Source: Candidatus Rariloculus versatilis (lineage in GTDB: Bacteria > Pseudomonadota > Gammaproteobacteria > Steroidobacterales > Rariloculaceae). Taken from it: a stretch of 64,000 bases of DNA. Position 1 is the stretch's first letter. Every line of letters starts with the position of its first letter. The notes beneath the pieces were generated by a model that was given only the letters and a program-made list of their open reading frames with translations, made no database searches and was not told the origin of the DNA. This document shows positions 18,693 through 27,732 of the stretch, piece after piece. The position numbers were made by a program, and so were the translations under genes. The stretch covers positions 8,380-72,379 of the forward strand of contig JAQAJI010000002.1 of NCBI GenBank assembly GCA_028278665.1, written 5' to 3'.

Positions 18693-19079
18693 TCATTCGG
18701 CGAGCGGTGGCAATTCGGCGATGTGCCGCTCCCAGTTCGCCCCGTCGAACTGGCGTACGATCGATAGCGCCGCAACGGTGTCCGGATCGATGCAGCGCGC
18801 ATTGACGCTGACGCCATCGGGATGGGAGCGAGGGACGTAGAAGGGCTTGATGCCGCAGATTCGGCAGAACGTGTGCTCGGCCACACCGGTGTTGAAGCGG
18901 TAGATGACGAGATCGTCCCGGCCGCTGAGCAGCCGGAACCGCGTCTTCGGCACGATGTAATGCAGGTAACCGGACTTGCTGCAGACCGAGCAGTTGCACT
19001 CCGTGACCTCGACTTGCGGCGGACCGTCGACTTCGAACCTGACCCGTCCACAATGACAACTGCCCGTATGCGTGTTCAT
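18693..19079 (-). CDS. GFA/CENP-V family protein (glutathione-dependent formaldehyde-activating enzyme-like)
   Basis: MNTHTGSCHCGRVRFEV...CNCSVCSKSG...FCRICG, the zinc-Cys pattern of the GFA domain. ATG 19079 overlaps the upstream stop (ATGA). Confidence 0.8.
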   Translation of the reverse strand: MNTHTGSCHCGRVRFEVDGPPQVEVTECNCSVCSKSGYLHYIVPKTRFRLLSGRDDLVIYRFNTGVAEHTFCRICGIKPFYVPRSHPDGVSVNARCIDPDTVAALSIVRQFDGANWERHIAELPPLAE

Positions 19080-19426
19080 CCCTGTTTGGTCTCCTTGCCG
19101 AAATGGACCAGCGCCGCCGCAGCGAGGAGCGCCAGATCCAGCACTCCGATCCAGCGATCCTGAGGGTCCGCGGCCTGTATCAGGACGGCCCCGACCGGCA
19201 GGAACGAGGCAAGAAACGCGACCAGCAGCGCCGCAGCGTGTCCGTGGTATGCGGCGATGACGGCGATGACGGCGATGACCACCATCATGAACCCGATCGC
19301 AAGCCCGATGCCACTCAGACCAAGCGCCGCGCCCGGCACCCACATTGCATAGACCCAGAGGATCGCCAGCAGCGCCCCTGCCAGCGCACCGAGGCCGCGC
19401 CCGGCCTGCAAACTCAGCCGTTTCAT
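19076..19426 (-). CDS. hypothetical small membrane protein
   Basis: MKRLSLQAGRGLGALAGALLAILWVYAMW..., 116 aa with 3-4 TM spans. ATG 19426 overlaps the upstream stop (ATGA). Confidence 0.55.
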   Translation of the reverse strand: MKRLSLQAGRGLGALAGALLAILWVYAMWVPGAALGLSGIGLAIGFMMVVIAVIAVIAAYHGHAAALLVAFLASFLPVGAVLIQAADPQDRWIGVLDLALLAAAALVHFGKETKQG

Positions 19427-19680
19427 CCGTCGCGAGCCCTGGGGTCGTCCGGATGGCGCGTTCCCTGGCTCGGGACTTCCCTGGCCGAGGCGACAACGAC
19501 TGCCGCAGCGAACGTGCAAAGCCCTGCACCGAGGCCGACGCCCGCCCCGACGGCCACGCCGATCGCGGCGTTGCCGAAGAAGCCGCCCGCGAAAACGCCG
19601 AGCAAGGCACCCCAAAGGAGTCCGCCCGGCAATGCCAGCACGCCCCAGGTGGGAAACTTTCCGGGCGCGCGTGGCCGCAT
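19423..19680 (-). CDS. hypothetical glycine-zipper membrane protein
   Basis: GVFAGGFFGNAAIGVAVGAGVGLGAGL is a Gly-zipper-like segment. The start is ambiguous (ATG 19680 or 19707). Confidence 0.45.
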   Translation of the reverse strand: MRPRAPGKFPTWGVLALPGGLLWGALLGVFAGGFFGNAAIGVAVGAGVGLGAGLCTFAAAVVVASAREVPSQGTRHPDDPRARDG

Positions 19681-19744
19681 CGGGCCTTGTGCTTTCCGGG
19701 CGCCCAAGTCTATCGGCGACCGCCTGGCGCGCGGCTGGGTATCT

Positions 19745-20983
19745 CTACAGCTCGCCGAGCGCGACGTTGCTGTAGCCGATGAGCCGCAGCGCCCGTTGCA
19801 GCTGCAGGTCGTCGCCCGGCGCGACCTGGCCTTCCGGTCCTCGGTATTGACGTCGCGGATCGGCGTTGCGAACGACGATATCCGGATAAATTCCGACGCC
19901 GGCGATCGAGCGGCCGGAGGGCATGATGTAGCGCGACGTCGTCAGCTTGATGGCATTGCCCTCGGAGATCGGCAGCACTGTCTGAACGGAACCCTTGCCG
20001 TAGGTTCGCTCGCCGACGATCTGACCGCGATCGTGGTCCTGCAGCGCACCGGCCACGATTTCCGACGCCGAAGCCGATCCGCGGTTGACGAGCACGACCA
20101 GGGGAACCTGCTCCAGTTCATTGCCGGCACTCGCACGCTTCTCGAAACGCGCCTGGCGGATGCGGCCGGCGCCGCGCACGATAAGGCCGTCATCGATGAA
20201 ACGGTCGGCCACATCGACGGCGGCCTCGAGCACGCCGCCCGGGTTGTTGCGCAGGTCGAGCACGAGTCCCTTGAGCCCTGTGGCTGACTCCGCGCCGAGC
20301 TCGCGCGCCGCCGCGTCGAGATCGCTCGCCGTGCTGTCGGAGAAGCCCGTGAGCCGGACATAGCCGTAACCGTCGCCGAGGTGGGCGGACGTGACGGTCT
20401 TCACGTTGATTTCCGCACGTGTCAGGGCGAACCTGAGCGGGTCGTTGACGCCGTCGCGCATCACGCCAAGCGTGACCTCGGTGCCCGGCTCGCCCCGCAT
20501 GCGGTTCACTGTCTCGTCGACGTTTTTTCCGTCTACGGGCATGTCATCGACTGCGATCAGTACGTCGCCCGGCAGAATCCCGACCGCCTCGGCCGGCCCG
20601 CCGTCGAGCGGCGTGACCACCGTCACGCGACCATTCTCGACGCGCACATCGAGCCCGACGCCCGAGTAGTTGCCCGTCGTCGCGATGCGGATGTCCTCGT
20701 AGGCGCGCGCGTCGAGATAGCGCGAGTGCGAATCGAGCTCTTCGATGACGCCGCGGATCGCGCTCTCGATGAGCCGCTCGTCGTCGACCTGATCCACGTA
20801 CTCACGCCGAACGCGTTCGATGACCTCAGCGAGCCGCTGTACGTACTCCGTGGGCAGGGTCGACGAGTGCCGCGCCGCCAACCGCGCTTCGCGGTCGGCG
20901 AGCACGCTGCTGCCGAGCGACACCGTAAGCCCGAGCACGGTACCGATCACAAGAACGAGAACACAGCGAAGCTTGAGCGACAT
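19745..20983 (-). CDS. ctpA: carboxy-terminal processing protease (S41 family)
   Basis: N-terminal anchor, PDZ region (GLDVRVENGRVTVVTPLDGGPAEAVGILPGDVLIAVD) and S41 core (LVVLVNRGSASASEIVAGALQDH...GERTYGKGSVQ). ATG 20983 with a GGGAGGGG RBS. Confidence 0.9.
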   Translation of the reverse strand: MSLKLRCVLVLVIGTVLGLTVSLGSSVLADREARLAARHSSTLPTEYVQRLAEVIERVRREYVDQVDDERLIESAIRGVIEELDSHSRYLDARAYEDIRIATTGNYSGVGLDVRVENGRVTVVTPLDGGPAEAVGILPGDVLIAVDDMPVDGKNVDETVNRMRGEPGTEVTLGVMRDGVNDPLRFALTRAEINVKTVTSAHLGDGYGYVRLTGFSDSTASDLDAAARELGAESATGLKGLVLDLRNNPGGVLEAAVDVADRFIDDGLIVRGAGRIRQARFEKRASAGNELEQVPLVVLVNRGSASASEIVAGALQDHDRGQIVGERTYGKGSVQTVLPISEGNAIKLTTSRYIMPSGRSIAGVGIYPDIVVRNADPRRQYRGPEGQVAPGDDLQLQRALRLIGYSNVALGEL

Positions 20984-21143
20984 GTTGTGCTTTTTCCCCT
21001 CCCTCGCGCGCTTCACCTTAGCATAGCGCCCGCCGACGCTCACGAGGAATTTCCTAACAACGCCGACTGAAACGCCGATCACCCCCCAAGGACGATAACC
21101 CGTACAAATGCGCGGGGCAGCGGGTCAAACCGGGCAGAGTTTT

Positions 21144-22316
21144 CTAGTTGACCGACGGCGTGCCCGAAATCCACGAATGCGGATTCACGGGCTCGCCGTT
21201 GCGCCGAATCTCGAAGTAGAGCGAAGGCTCTGCACGACCGCCGGTATCGCCGACCTGAGCGATCGCCTCGCCGGTCGTGACGGCGTCGCCTGGCGATTTG
21301 AGCAACGCGTCATTGTGCCCGTAGAGACTCATGTAGCCGTCGCCGTGATCGAGGATGACGAGCAGTCCCAGGCCCGGCAGCCAGTCCGAATAGGCGACCC
21401 GGCCATGGTAGAGCGCCCTGACCGCAGTGCCCGGGGCCGAGTCGAGCAGCACGCCGTTCCACCTCAGTGCCCCTGCGCCGCGCGGCTGACCGTAATCGGC
21501 AGCGAGCCGGCCGGACACGGGCCAGCTCAGTCGCCCCCTGAGATCGGAGAATGGCACGCCGGCTTCGACCGGAAACGCCGCCATGACCTCGCCGAGCGAT
21601 GCCAGCAGATCCACGAGTCGCCGCTCTTCGCCGCGCAGCCTGGCCATCTCGTCACCGGACTCGTCCATCGACGCTTCGACTCGCGCGAGAACGGCACTGC
21701 GCTCGGCGCGCGTGGCGTCAAGCGCCTCCAGTTCCGCCTCCTCCGCGGCGCGCAGCACCGCGAGTTCGCTCTCGATCTCGGCGGCTTCGGCGCGAAGCTG
21801 CGAGAGCGTGGAGAGTTCGCCGCTCACCGCGGCAATCCGGCCGGTTCGAGCGCGGTTGAAGTAATCGTACCAGGCCACCATCCGGCCGAGACCCGCCGGC
21901 GTCTCCTGGCTCAGCAGCAACCTGAACAGCTCCTGTCGGCCCGTCATGTAGCTCATGCGTACCTGCCGGGCCAGCGCTTCGCGCTCGACGGCAAGCCGGT
22001 CCTCGGCCTCGCGCGCCTGGCCGGCGAGCGTCTCCCGGCGCTCCTGCTGCTCGCGCGCCCGAGCGCGCAGCCGGGCGAGCTCCCCGTTCACGGCCGCAAT
22101 GCGAAGCTCCGTTTGCCGCAGCGATTCGGCGTTGGCGTCACGCGCGACCGTCTGGCGCCCGATGCGGCGCTCCAGTGCCTCGATCTCGGCGCGTACCGCA
22201 TTGAGCGCGGCCTCGTCGTCCGCCTGAGCCCGGAGCGCCCCAGGGCCAATGAGGCCTCCCGCGACGAGTGTGGCCGCAAGCGCCGAGCGGACAAGAACAT
22301 GCCCCAGCAGCTTCAT
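21144..22316 (-). CDS. envC: murein hydrolase activator EnvC-like protein (coiled coil plus M23/LytM domain)
   Basis: Signal peptide, long Ala/Glu/Arg coiled coil and a C-terminal LytM domain (HGDGYMSLYGHN...GDTGG...LYFEIR). It sits upstream of ctpA, as in many gammaproteobacteria. Confidence 0.85.
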   Translation of the reverse strand: MKLLGHVLVRSALAATLVAGGLIGPGALRAQADDEAALNAVRAEIEALERRIGRQTVARDANAESLRQTELRIAAVNGELARLRARAREQQERRETLAGQAREAEDRLAVEREALARQVRMSYMTGRQELFRLLLSQETPAGLGRMVAWYDYFNRARTGRIAAVSGELSTLSQLRAEAAEIESELAVLRAAEEAELEALDATRAERSAVLARVEASMDESGDEMARLRGEERRLVDLLASLGEVMAAFPVEAGVPFSDLRGRLSWPVSGRLAADYGQPRGAGALRWNGVLLDSAPGTAVRALYHGRVAYSDWLPGLGLLVILDHGDGYMSLYGHNDALLKSPGDAVTTGEAIAQVGDTGGRAEPSLYFEIRRNGEPVNPHSWISGTPSVN

Positions 22317-22407
22317 TTCGCGCTCCAGTCTATTCGCTTTTCCTGCACCAATGCAGCACCGGGCCGCTGCTATAATTGCGCGTCGTTTTGCGCCTGCAGG
22401 GCACCCG

Positions 22408-22827
22408 ATGGGCCAGTTGGCCGAATTTGCCGCGAACCACCCGTACCTCACCGTAGCCGTGATCGCCACGCTCACGGCCGTGATTTTCTATGAGATCAAG
22501 CTCAAGACCCGGCAGGCAACGTCCGTCTCGCCCGGTGAGGCCGTGCAGCTCATCAACCGCGGAGCGCTGATAATCGACGTGCGTAAGACGGACGATTTCG
22601 CCCGCGGCCACATCGTCAACGCGCGCAACGTCAAGCTCGGCGAAATCGAGGCGAGCGAGAAGGCCGTAAAAAAGCCGAAAAACAAGGCGCTTGTCACCGT
22701 GTGCGAGAATGGCGCCGACTCCGCGAAGGCGGCGGCGGCCCTACGCAAGGCGGGCTTCGAGAACGTCGTGAGCCTGCGCGCCGGGCTCGCGGGCTGGCGC
22801 GCCGAAAATCTGCCGTTGGTCGATTAG
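22408..22827 (+). CDS. rhodanese-domain membrane-anchored protein (YibN-like)
   Basis: N-terminal TM followed by a rhodanese fold (IIDVRKTDDFARGHIVNARNV...VTVCENGADSAKAA). It sits upstream of secB-gpsA, as yibN does in E. coli. Confidence 0.85.
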   Translation: MGQLAEFAANHPYLTVAVIATLTAVIFYEIKLKTRQATSVSPGEAVQLINRGALIIDVRKTDDFARGHIVNARNVKLGEIEASEKAVKKPKNKALVTVCENGADSAKAAAALRKAGFENVVSLRAGLAGWRAENLPLVD

Positions 22828-22884
22828 GCGCAAGGCGCATCCATAACGGCACCCGATCATCCTGACGACGAGAGAACCACTACC

Positions 22885-23400
22885 ATGGCCGACGAACAGA
22901 CGACTCCGACCAAGCAACTCATCCTGCAGAAGATTTACGTCAAGGACCTGTCCTTCGAATCCCCGAAGGCGCCGGACGTATTCAGGACGGAAACCGACGA
23001 GCAGACGCAGACGCAGCTCAACATGCGTTCCGGGCACACGGACATCGGCGGCGACAATGTCGAGGTCACGCTGACAATGACGGCCGAAGCGAAACTCAAC
23101 GAGGACACGCTGTTTCTCGTCGAAATCACCCAGGCGGGCGTGTTTCTGATGCAGGGATACACGGACGAGGAACGCCAGGCGCTGATCGGCAGCTACTGTC
23201 CGGCAACCCTCTACCCCTATGCGCGCGAAGCCATCGCGGATCTCTCGACCCGTGGCGGATTCCCGCCGCTGCTCATGCAGCCGATCAATTTCGACGCCCT
23301 GTACGCTCAGGCGCTGCGCGAACGCGAGCAGCAACAACAGCAAGCCCAGGCCGCCCAGGCCGCACCGCAGCCGTTGATCGATCCAAGCGAAGCGCACTAG
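22885..23400 (+). CDS. secB: protein-export chaperone SecB
   Basis: LQKIYVKDLSFESPKAP...LFLVEITQAGVF...CPATLYPYAREAI..., an unmistakable SecB pattern with an acidic/Gln-rich tail. Confidence 0.95.
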   Translation: MADEQTTPTKQLILQKIYVKDLSFESPKAPDVFRTETDEQTQTQLNMRSGHTDIGGDNVEVTLTMTAEAKLNEDTLFLVEITQAGVFLMQGYTDEERQALIGSYCPATLYPYAREAIADLSTRGGFPPLLMQPINFDALYAQALREREQQQQQAQAAQAAPQPLIDPSEAH

Positions 23401-23458
23401 GAGACGGAGCCAATAAGCGCCGGGCAGATCCATGTACTCGGCAGAGCCAGCCTGAGCA

Positions 23459-24469
23459 GTGGGCACGGGCCGTAACCCCGTCGCCATACTCGGCGCAGGC
23501 TCCTGGGGCACCGCGCTCGCCATCCAGCTTGCGCGTGCCGGGCGCACGGCCGTGCTCTGGGGCCGCGACCGCGAACAGCTTCAAGCATTGTCCCGCGCGC
23601 GCCTGAACCGCCGCTACCTGCCCGATGCCAGGTTTCCGGCGGGTCTGTCCGTCACGGCCACACTGTCCGATGCGCTCGACGGCGCCGAGGACGTCCTGGT
23701 CGCCGTGCCGAGCCATGCCTTCCGCGAGGTCCTTGCAGCGGTCGCCGCGAGCGCGGTCCCGCTCCGGGGGCTCGCCTGGGCGACCAAGGGTTTCGAGCTC
23801 GAAACGGGGTTGCTGCCGCACCAGGTCGTCGCCGAACTGCTGCCGCATGACGTGCCGACAGGCGTACTCTCGGGGCCGACCTTCGCGGCCGAAGTCGGTG
23901 CCGGACTGCCAAGCGCGATGACCATCGCCTCCGCAAGCGGCGACTATGCCCGCGCCCTCGCCGAATCAATCACGACGGATGCCTTTCGCGCGTATACATC
24001 GACCGACATCATGGGCGTCGAGGTCGGCGCGGCCACGAAAAACGTTTTTGCGATCGGCGCGGGCATCTCCGACGGGCTCGGCTTCGGCGCCAACACGAGG
24101 ATTGCGCTGTTGACCCGGGGGCTCGCCGAAATGACGCGGCTAGGCCTCGCCCTCGGTGCACGCCGGGACACCTTCATGGGTCTTGCGGGCATGGGCGACC
24201 TCGTGCTGACCTGCACGGACGACCAGTCCCGCAACCGCCGCTTCGGCCTTGCGCTCGCGCGCGGCCGAAGCGCGGAGCAGGCCCGCCAGGACATCGGACA
24301 GGTCGTCGAAGGCTACTACGGTGCTCGATCCGTGCACGATGTCGCGAAGCAACGCAATGTGACCATGCCGATCGTCGAGCAGATCCATCGCGTCATCTAC
24401 GCGGGCGCGAGCCCCCAGGAAGCGGTGGCCGCGCTCATGCGCCGGCCGCCGACGGCCGAACTCGGCTAG
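23459..24469 (+). CDS. gpsA: NAD(P)H-dependent glycerol-3-phosphate dehydrogenase
   Basis: ILGAGSWGTALA Rossmann motif, GPTFAAEV and GDLVLTCT...SRNRRFG motifs. GTG start. Confidence 0.95.
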   Translation: MGTGRNPVAILGAGSWGTALAIQLARAGRTAVLWGRDREQLQALSRARLNRRYLPDARFPAGLSVTATLSDALDGAEDVLVAVPSHAFREVLAAVAASAVPLRGLAWATKGFELETGLLPHQVVAELLPHDVPTGVLSGPTFAAEVGAGLPSAMTIASASGDYARALAESITTDAFRAYTSTDIMGVEVGAATKNVFAIGAGISDGLGFGANTRIALLTRGLAEMTRLGLALGARRDTFMGLAGMGDLVLTCTDDQSRNRRFGLALARGRSAEQARQDIGQVVEGYYGARSVHDVAKQRNVTMPIVEQIHRVIYAGASPQEAVAALMRRPPTAELG

Positions 24470-24513
24470 GAGCCTGCGCCGTAGGAAGTCGCGAAAGCGA
24501 AAATTCGCGATCG

Positions 24514-24585
24514 CCGTCCCTTCGGTTGATCGATTGAGGAGAATATCGAGCCATATTTGACGAAATCGATCGGCCGAAGGGGCGG
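24514..24585 (+). other. long imperfect palindrome / RNA hairpin in the gpsA-pyrD spacer
   Basis: 24514..24535 pairs with 24564..24585, giving 22 consecutive pairs if three G-U wobbles are allowed in plus-strand RNA (core CCCTTCGGTTGATCGATT / AATCGATCGGCCGAAGGG). The loop is 28 nt. A second hairpin TCGCGAA-N8-TTCGCGA lies at 24489..24510. Confidence 0.6.
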
Positions 24586-24767
24586 ATGAGAGCGGATTTG
24601 CAGCCGTCCTGGGGACCCGTGGCACGACGGCGCGGCGCACCGCCAAACCCACCGGCCTCCTCCACGCGATTGCGAGCGCCCTGCGCACCCGGCTTGATGC
24701 GCAGTCCTGCGGCGCTCGATAATGCCTCAAACGCTGCCGTGAGCACGATGTCAGACGTTGCCAGCGC

Positions 24768-25721
24768 ATGAACCCCTTGACCATCGACTTCTGCGGACTC
24801 AGGCTCGATTCGCCGGTCGTGCTGCTGTCCGGCTGTGTTGGCTTCGGCGAGGAATACACGCGCGTCGCGGGCTTCTCCAACAGCGACGCCGGGGCGATCG
24901 TGCTCAAGGGCACGACGCTCGCGCCAAGGCTCGGCAACGAACCGCATCGCGTCTGGGAGACGCCCGCCGGGATGCTGAACGCCATCGGCCTGCAGAACCC
25001 GGGCACGGACCACGTGATCCGGCAGATCCTGCCAACGCTCGACTTCGACGAAACGCGCTTCATCGCCAACGTCTGCGGCTCAACCGTGGAGGAATACGTC
25101 GAGGTCACGCGGCGGTTCGACGATTCGCCCATCGACGCGATGGAAATCAACATTTCCTGCCCGAACGTCAAGGAAGGCGGCGTTGCTTTCGGCAACTATC
25201 CCGCCATGTCGGCACAGGTCGTCGCGGCCTGCCGCAAGGCGACTCGCAAGCCGCTGATCGTCAAGCTCTCACCGAACCAGACCGACATCGCGGCGAACGC
25301 GCGTGCCTGCGTGGATGCCGGCGCCGACGGGCTGGCCGTCATCAACACGCTCATGGGCATGGACATCGACCCGGAAACCCGCCGCCCGATCATCGGCAAC
25401 ATCCAGGGCGGCCTGTCGGGCCCGGCGATCCGGCCGATCGCCCTGCTCAAGGTGCACCAGGTCTACGAGGAAGTGCGCCGCGACGGCACGCCGATCATCG
25501 GCCAGGGCGGCATCGAGACCGCGGCCGACGCGCTCATCTTCCTCATGGCCGGCGCCGCGACAGTCGGTGTAGGCACGGCGCTCTTCTACGATCCGCTGGC
25601 GGCAAAAAAGATCAACGCCGGAATTCGCAGTTACATCGAAAGGCACGGCCTTGCATCGGTCGCCGAGCTCATCGGCTCGCTCGATTCCGGCGACGTACCC
25701 GATATCCAGGCCAGCGGTTGA
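24768..25721 (+). CDS. pyrD: class 1 dihydroorotate dehydrogenase catalytic subunit (PyrD-1B-like / dihydropyrimidine dehydrogenase-like)
   Basis: GLQNPG, EINISCPNVK (active-site Cys), IVKLSPN and GGLSGPAIRPIAL motifs. No pyrK-like partner lies adjacent. Confidence 0.82.
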   Translation: MNPLTIDFCGLRLDSPVVLLSGCVGFGEEYTRVAGFSNSDAGAIVLKGTTLAPRLGNEPHRVWETPAGMLNAIGLQNPGTDHVIRQILPTLDFDETRFIANVCGSTVEEYVEVTRRFDDSPIDAMEINISCPNVKEGGVAFGNYPAMSAQVVAACRKATRKPLIVKLSPNQTDIAANARACVDAGADGLAVINTLMGMDIDPETRRPIIGNIQGGLSGPAIRPIALLKVHQVYEEVRRDGTPIIGQGGIETAADALIFLMAGAATVGVGTALFYDPLAAKKINAGIRSYIERHGLASVAELIGSLDSGDVPDIQASG

Positions 25722-25823
25722 CCGCCGGGCGCGCCAGTCAGGAAAGCGACCGTCACAGCGCTGAAGGCTGCCCGGCTGGACGGCAAGACCGGGCGCCCTT
25801 CGACCGCAACCGAAACCGCGACG

Positions 25824-26861
25824 TCACCGCATGTGGAGCTCCACGATGTCGCCGTCGATGACCACATGCTCCGGACCCACCTGCTGACCGTCGAATACCT
25901 TGCCGCCCCAGGCGCGCGCGTAGCGCAGCGAACCTGCAATGTCCTTGTGGACCAGCCGCGCGACATCGAGCACGCTCGCGCCCGCGCGCAGCGTGAACGG
26001 GCGGTCCATCTCGGCCGGCTTGCCGGGAGCCTTGGTATATACGCGCACGACTTCAAGCTGCGCGAACAGGAACCGGCCAAGCGCGTCGAGCCCCTGGCCG
26101 GATTCGACCGACACCGCCTGCGCCGGAAAACTCACGCCGGTCAGTTCCTTGAGCACCCTGATGTCCTCGGGGTCGGAGTTGCGGTCGATCTTGTTCGCTA
26201 CCAGCAGCGCGGGGAGGAAGATCCGGAACGGGTCGAGCGCGCGTTCGTCCTCGAGATCGTCCGAGCTCGCAGGCGTGAGCCCGCCGGCTGGCCAGTACGC
26301 GCTCAAGGTGATCTTCCGCTCCTCGAGACGCTCGAGGATCGACACCACGTGATCGATGCACTCAGGATCGGAGATGTCGACGACGAGCAACGCCGCGTCC
26401 GCCGGCTGCAGCGCGTTGACGAACCACGGCTCGAAAAAGTCCGCGGAAATCGGCGGCAGGTCGACAAGCTGAAAATGGATGTCCTCGTAGGCGAGCATGC
26501 CCGGCATCGGCGCGTGCGTCGTGTGCGGGTACGGCCCGATGTCCGCGCGCGAGCCGGTCAGCTTCACGTGCAGACTCGACTTGCCGGCGTTAGGCGGCCC
26601 GAGCAGCGCGATCTGCGCGGCGCCTTCGCGACGCACGGAGTGAACGGGACCGCTGCGCGCGGCGCCCTTGCGCGGCCCGGCGAGTTCTTCGGTGAGCTGC
26701 TTGATGCGGCTCTTGATGTCCCGTTGCAGGTGTTCGGTTCCCTTGTGCTTCGGGATCGTCCGCAGCATGTCCCTGAGACAGGCCAGACGCTCGGCTTCGT
26801 CGCGGGCTGCGCGAAACGCCTGTTCGGCCTTTTTGTATTCGGGACTCAGATTCGCGGGCAT
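25824..26861 (-). CDS. DRG/Rbg-type Obg-family GTPase with C-terminal TGS domain
   Basis: N-terminal helix-rich lead (PKHKGTEHLQRDIKSRIKQL), G1 GPPNAGKSS, G4 NKID and a C-terminal TGS region (VRVYTKAPGKP...VLDVARLVHKDIAGSLRYARAWG...DGDIVELH). ATG 26861 lies inside track ORF 25824..27164. Confidence 0.8.
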   Translation of the reverse strand: MPANLSPEYKKAEQAFRAARDEAERLACLRDMLRTIPKHKGTEHLQRDIKSRIKQLTEELAGPRKGAARSGPVHSVRREGAAQIALLGPPNAGKSSLHVKLTGSRADIGPYPHTTHAPMPGMLAYEDIHFQLVDLPPISADFFEPWFVNALQPADAALLVVDISDPECIDHVVSILERLEERKITLSAYWPAGGLTPASSDDLEDERALDPFRIFLPALLVANKIDRNSDPEDIRVLKELTGVSFPAQAVSVESGQGLDALGRFLFAQLEVVRVYTKAPGKPAEMDRPFTLRAGASVLDVARLVHKDIAGSLRYARAWGGKVFDGQQVGPEHVVIDGDIVELHMR

Positions 26862-26946
26862 AGTCGACGATTTTCCTCGCGTCGCGCTTGCTCTCGCAAG
26901 CCGCTCTGGTGTAATTGGGATTCCGGCGACCCGTGAGCACGCAGCC

Positions 26947-27732
26947 TTGAGCATCCACCCCACAGCCATCGTTTCCGACCTGGCAACTCTCGCCTCCGAC
27001 GTGGAAGTCGGGGCGTATTGCGTCATCGAGGACCAGGTCGAGATCGGCAGCGGGACGATCGTGGAGTCGCACGCGCGGCTCGGTGGGCGCCACGGCCGGG
27101 TCCGCATCGGCGCGAACAACCTCATCCAGACGGGCGCCGTGCTCGGCGGCCCGCCGCAGGACACAAGCTACGTCGACGCCGACACTGAGCTGCTGATCGG
27201 CGACGGCAACAGGATCGGCGAGTACGTAAGTATCAGCGTCGGCACGGAAAAAGGCGGCGGCGCCACGCGCATCGGCAACGACAACCTTCTCATGGCTTTC
27301 GTGCATCTCGGCCACGACTGCCGCATCGGCAACGGCGTCGTGATCACCAACGCGACCCAGCTCGCAGGGCATGTCACGGTCGAGGATCACGCGCTGTTGA
27401 GCGGGCTTGCGGGCATCACGCAATTTGTCAGGCTCGGTTCGTTCTGCTTTCTGACGGCGGGCGCCTTCGCCAACAAGGACATCCCGCCCTACACCATCGC
27501 CGAGGGCCACTGGGCTACGCCGCGCGCATTGAACCGGGTCGGGCTCAGGCGGGCGGGCGTCGACGCCGCCGAGCGCAGAAACCTCGATCGCGCGCTCAGG
27601 ATCCTGTTCGATCGTTCCCTGACCATGGACGAGGTCGTTGCCGAGATCGGCCGTGACTGCACGCCGAGTTTATGGCTCAGTCACTTCGTCGATTTTCTGT
27701 CGTCGTCGCAGCGCGGGGTGGCGCGACCGTGA
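26947..27732 (+). CDS. lpxA: acyl-ACP--UDP-N-acetylglucosamine O-acyltransferase (LpxA family)
   Basis: Left-handed beta-helix hexapeptide repeats and the LpxA C-terminal pattern (FVHLGHDCRIGN...LAGHVTVED...DIPPYTIAEG...LNRVGLRRAG). There is no in-frame ATG or GTG near the N-terminus. TTG 26947 gives MSIHPTAIV, so the start is uncertain. Confidence 0.78.
   Translation: MSIHPTAIVSDLATLASDVEVGAYCVIEDQVEIGSGTIVESHARLGGRHGRVRIGANNLIQTGAVLGGPPQDTSYVDADTELLIGDGNRIGEYVSISVGTEKGGGATRIGNDNLLMAFVHLGHDCRIGNGVVITNATQLAGHVTVEDHALLSGLAGITQFVRLGSFCFLTAGAFANKDIPPYTIAEGHWATPRALNRVGLRRAGVDAAERRNLDRALRILFDRSLTMDEVVAEIGRDCTPSLWLSHFVDFLSSSQRGVARP

Noticed and set aside
18176-19615. Track ORFs of 291 aa (18176..19051), 305 aa (18693..19610) and 179 aa (19076..19615), taken at full length.
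   Set aside because: Their N-terminal halves are Ser/Arg/Pro-rich and overlap each other in different frames. Only the C-terminal portions look like real proteins (a membrane protein, the GFA domain, a membrane protein), with internal starts that give ATGA coupling.
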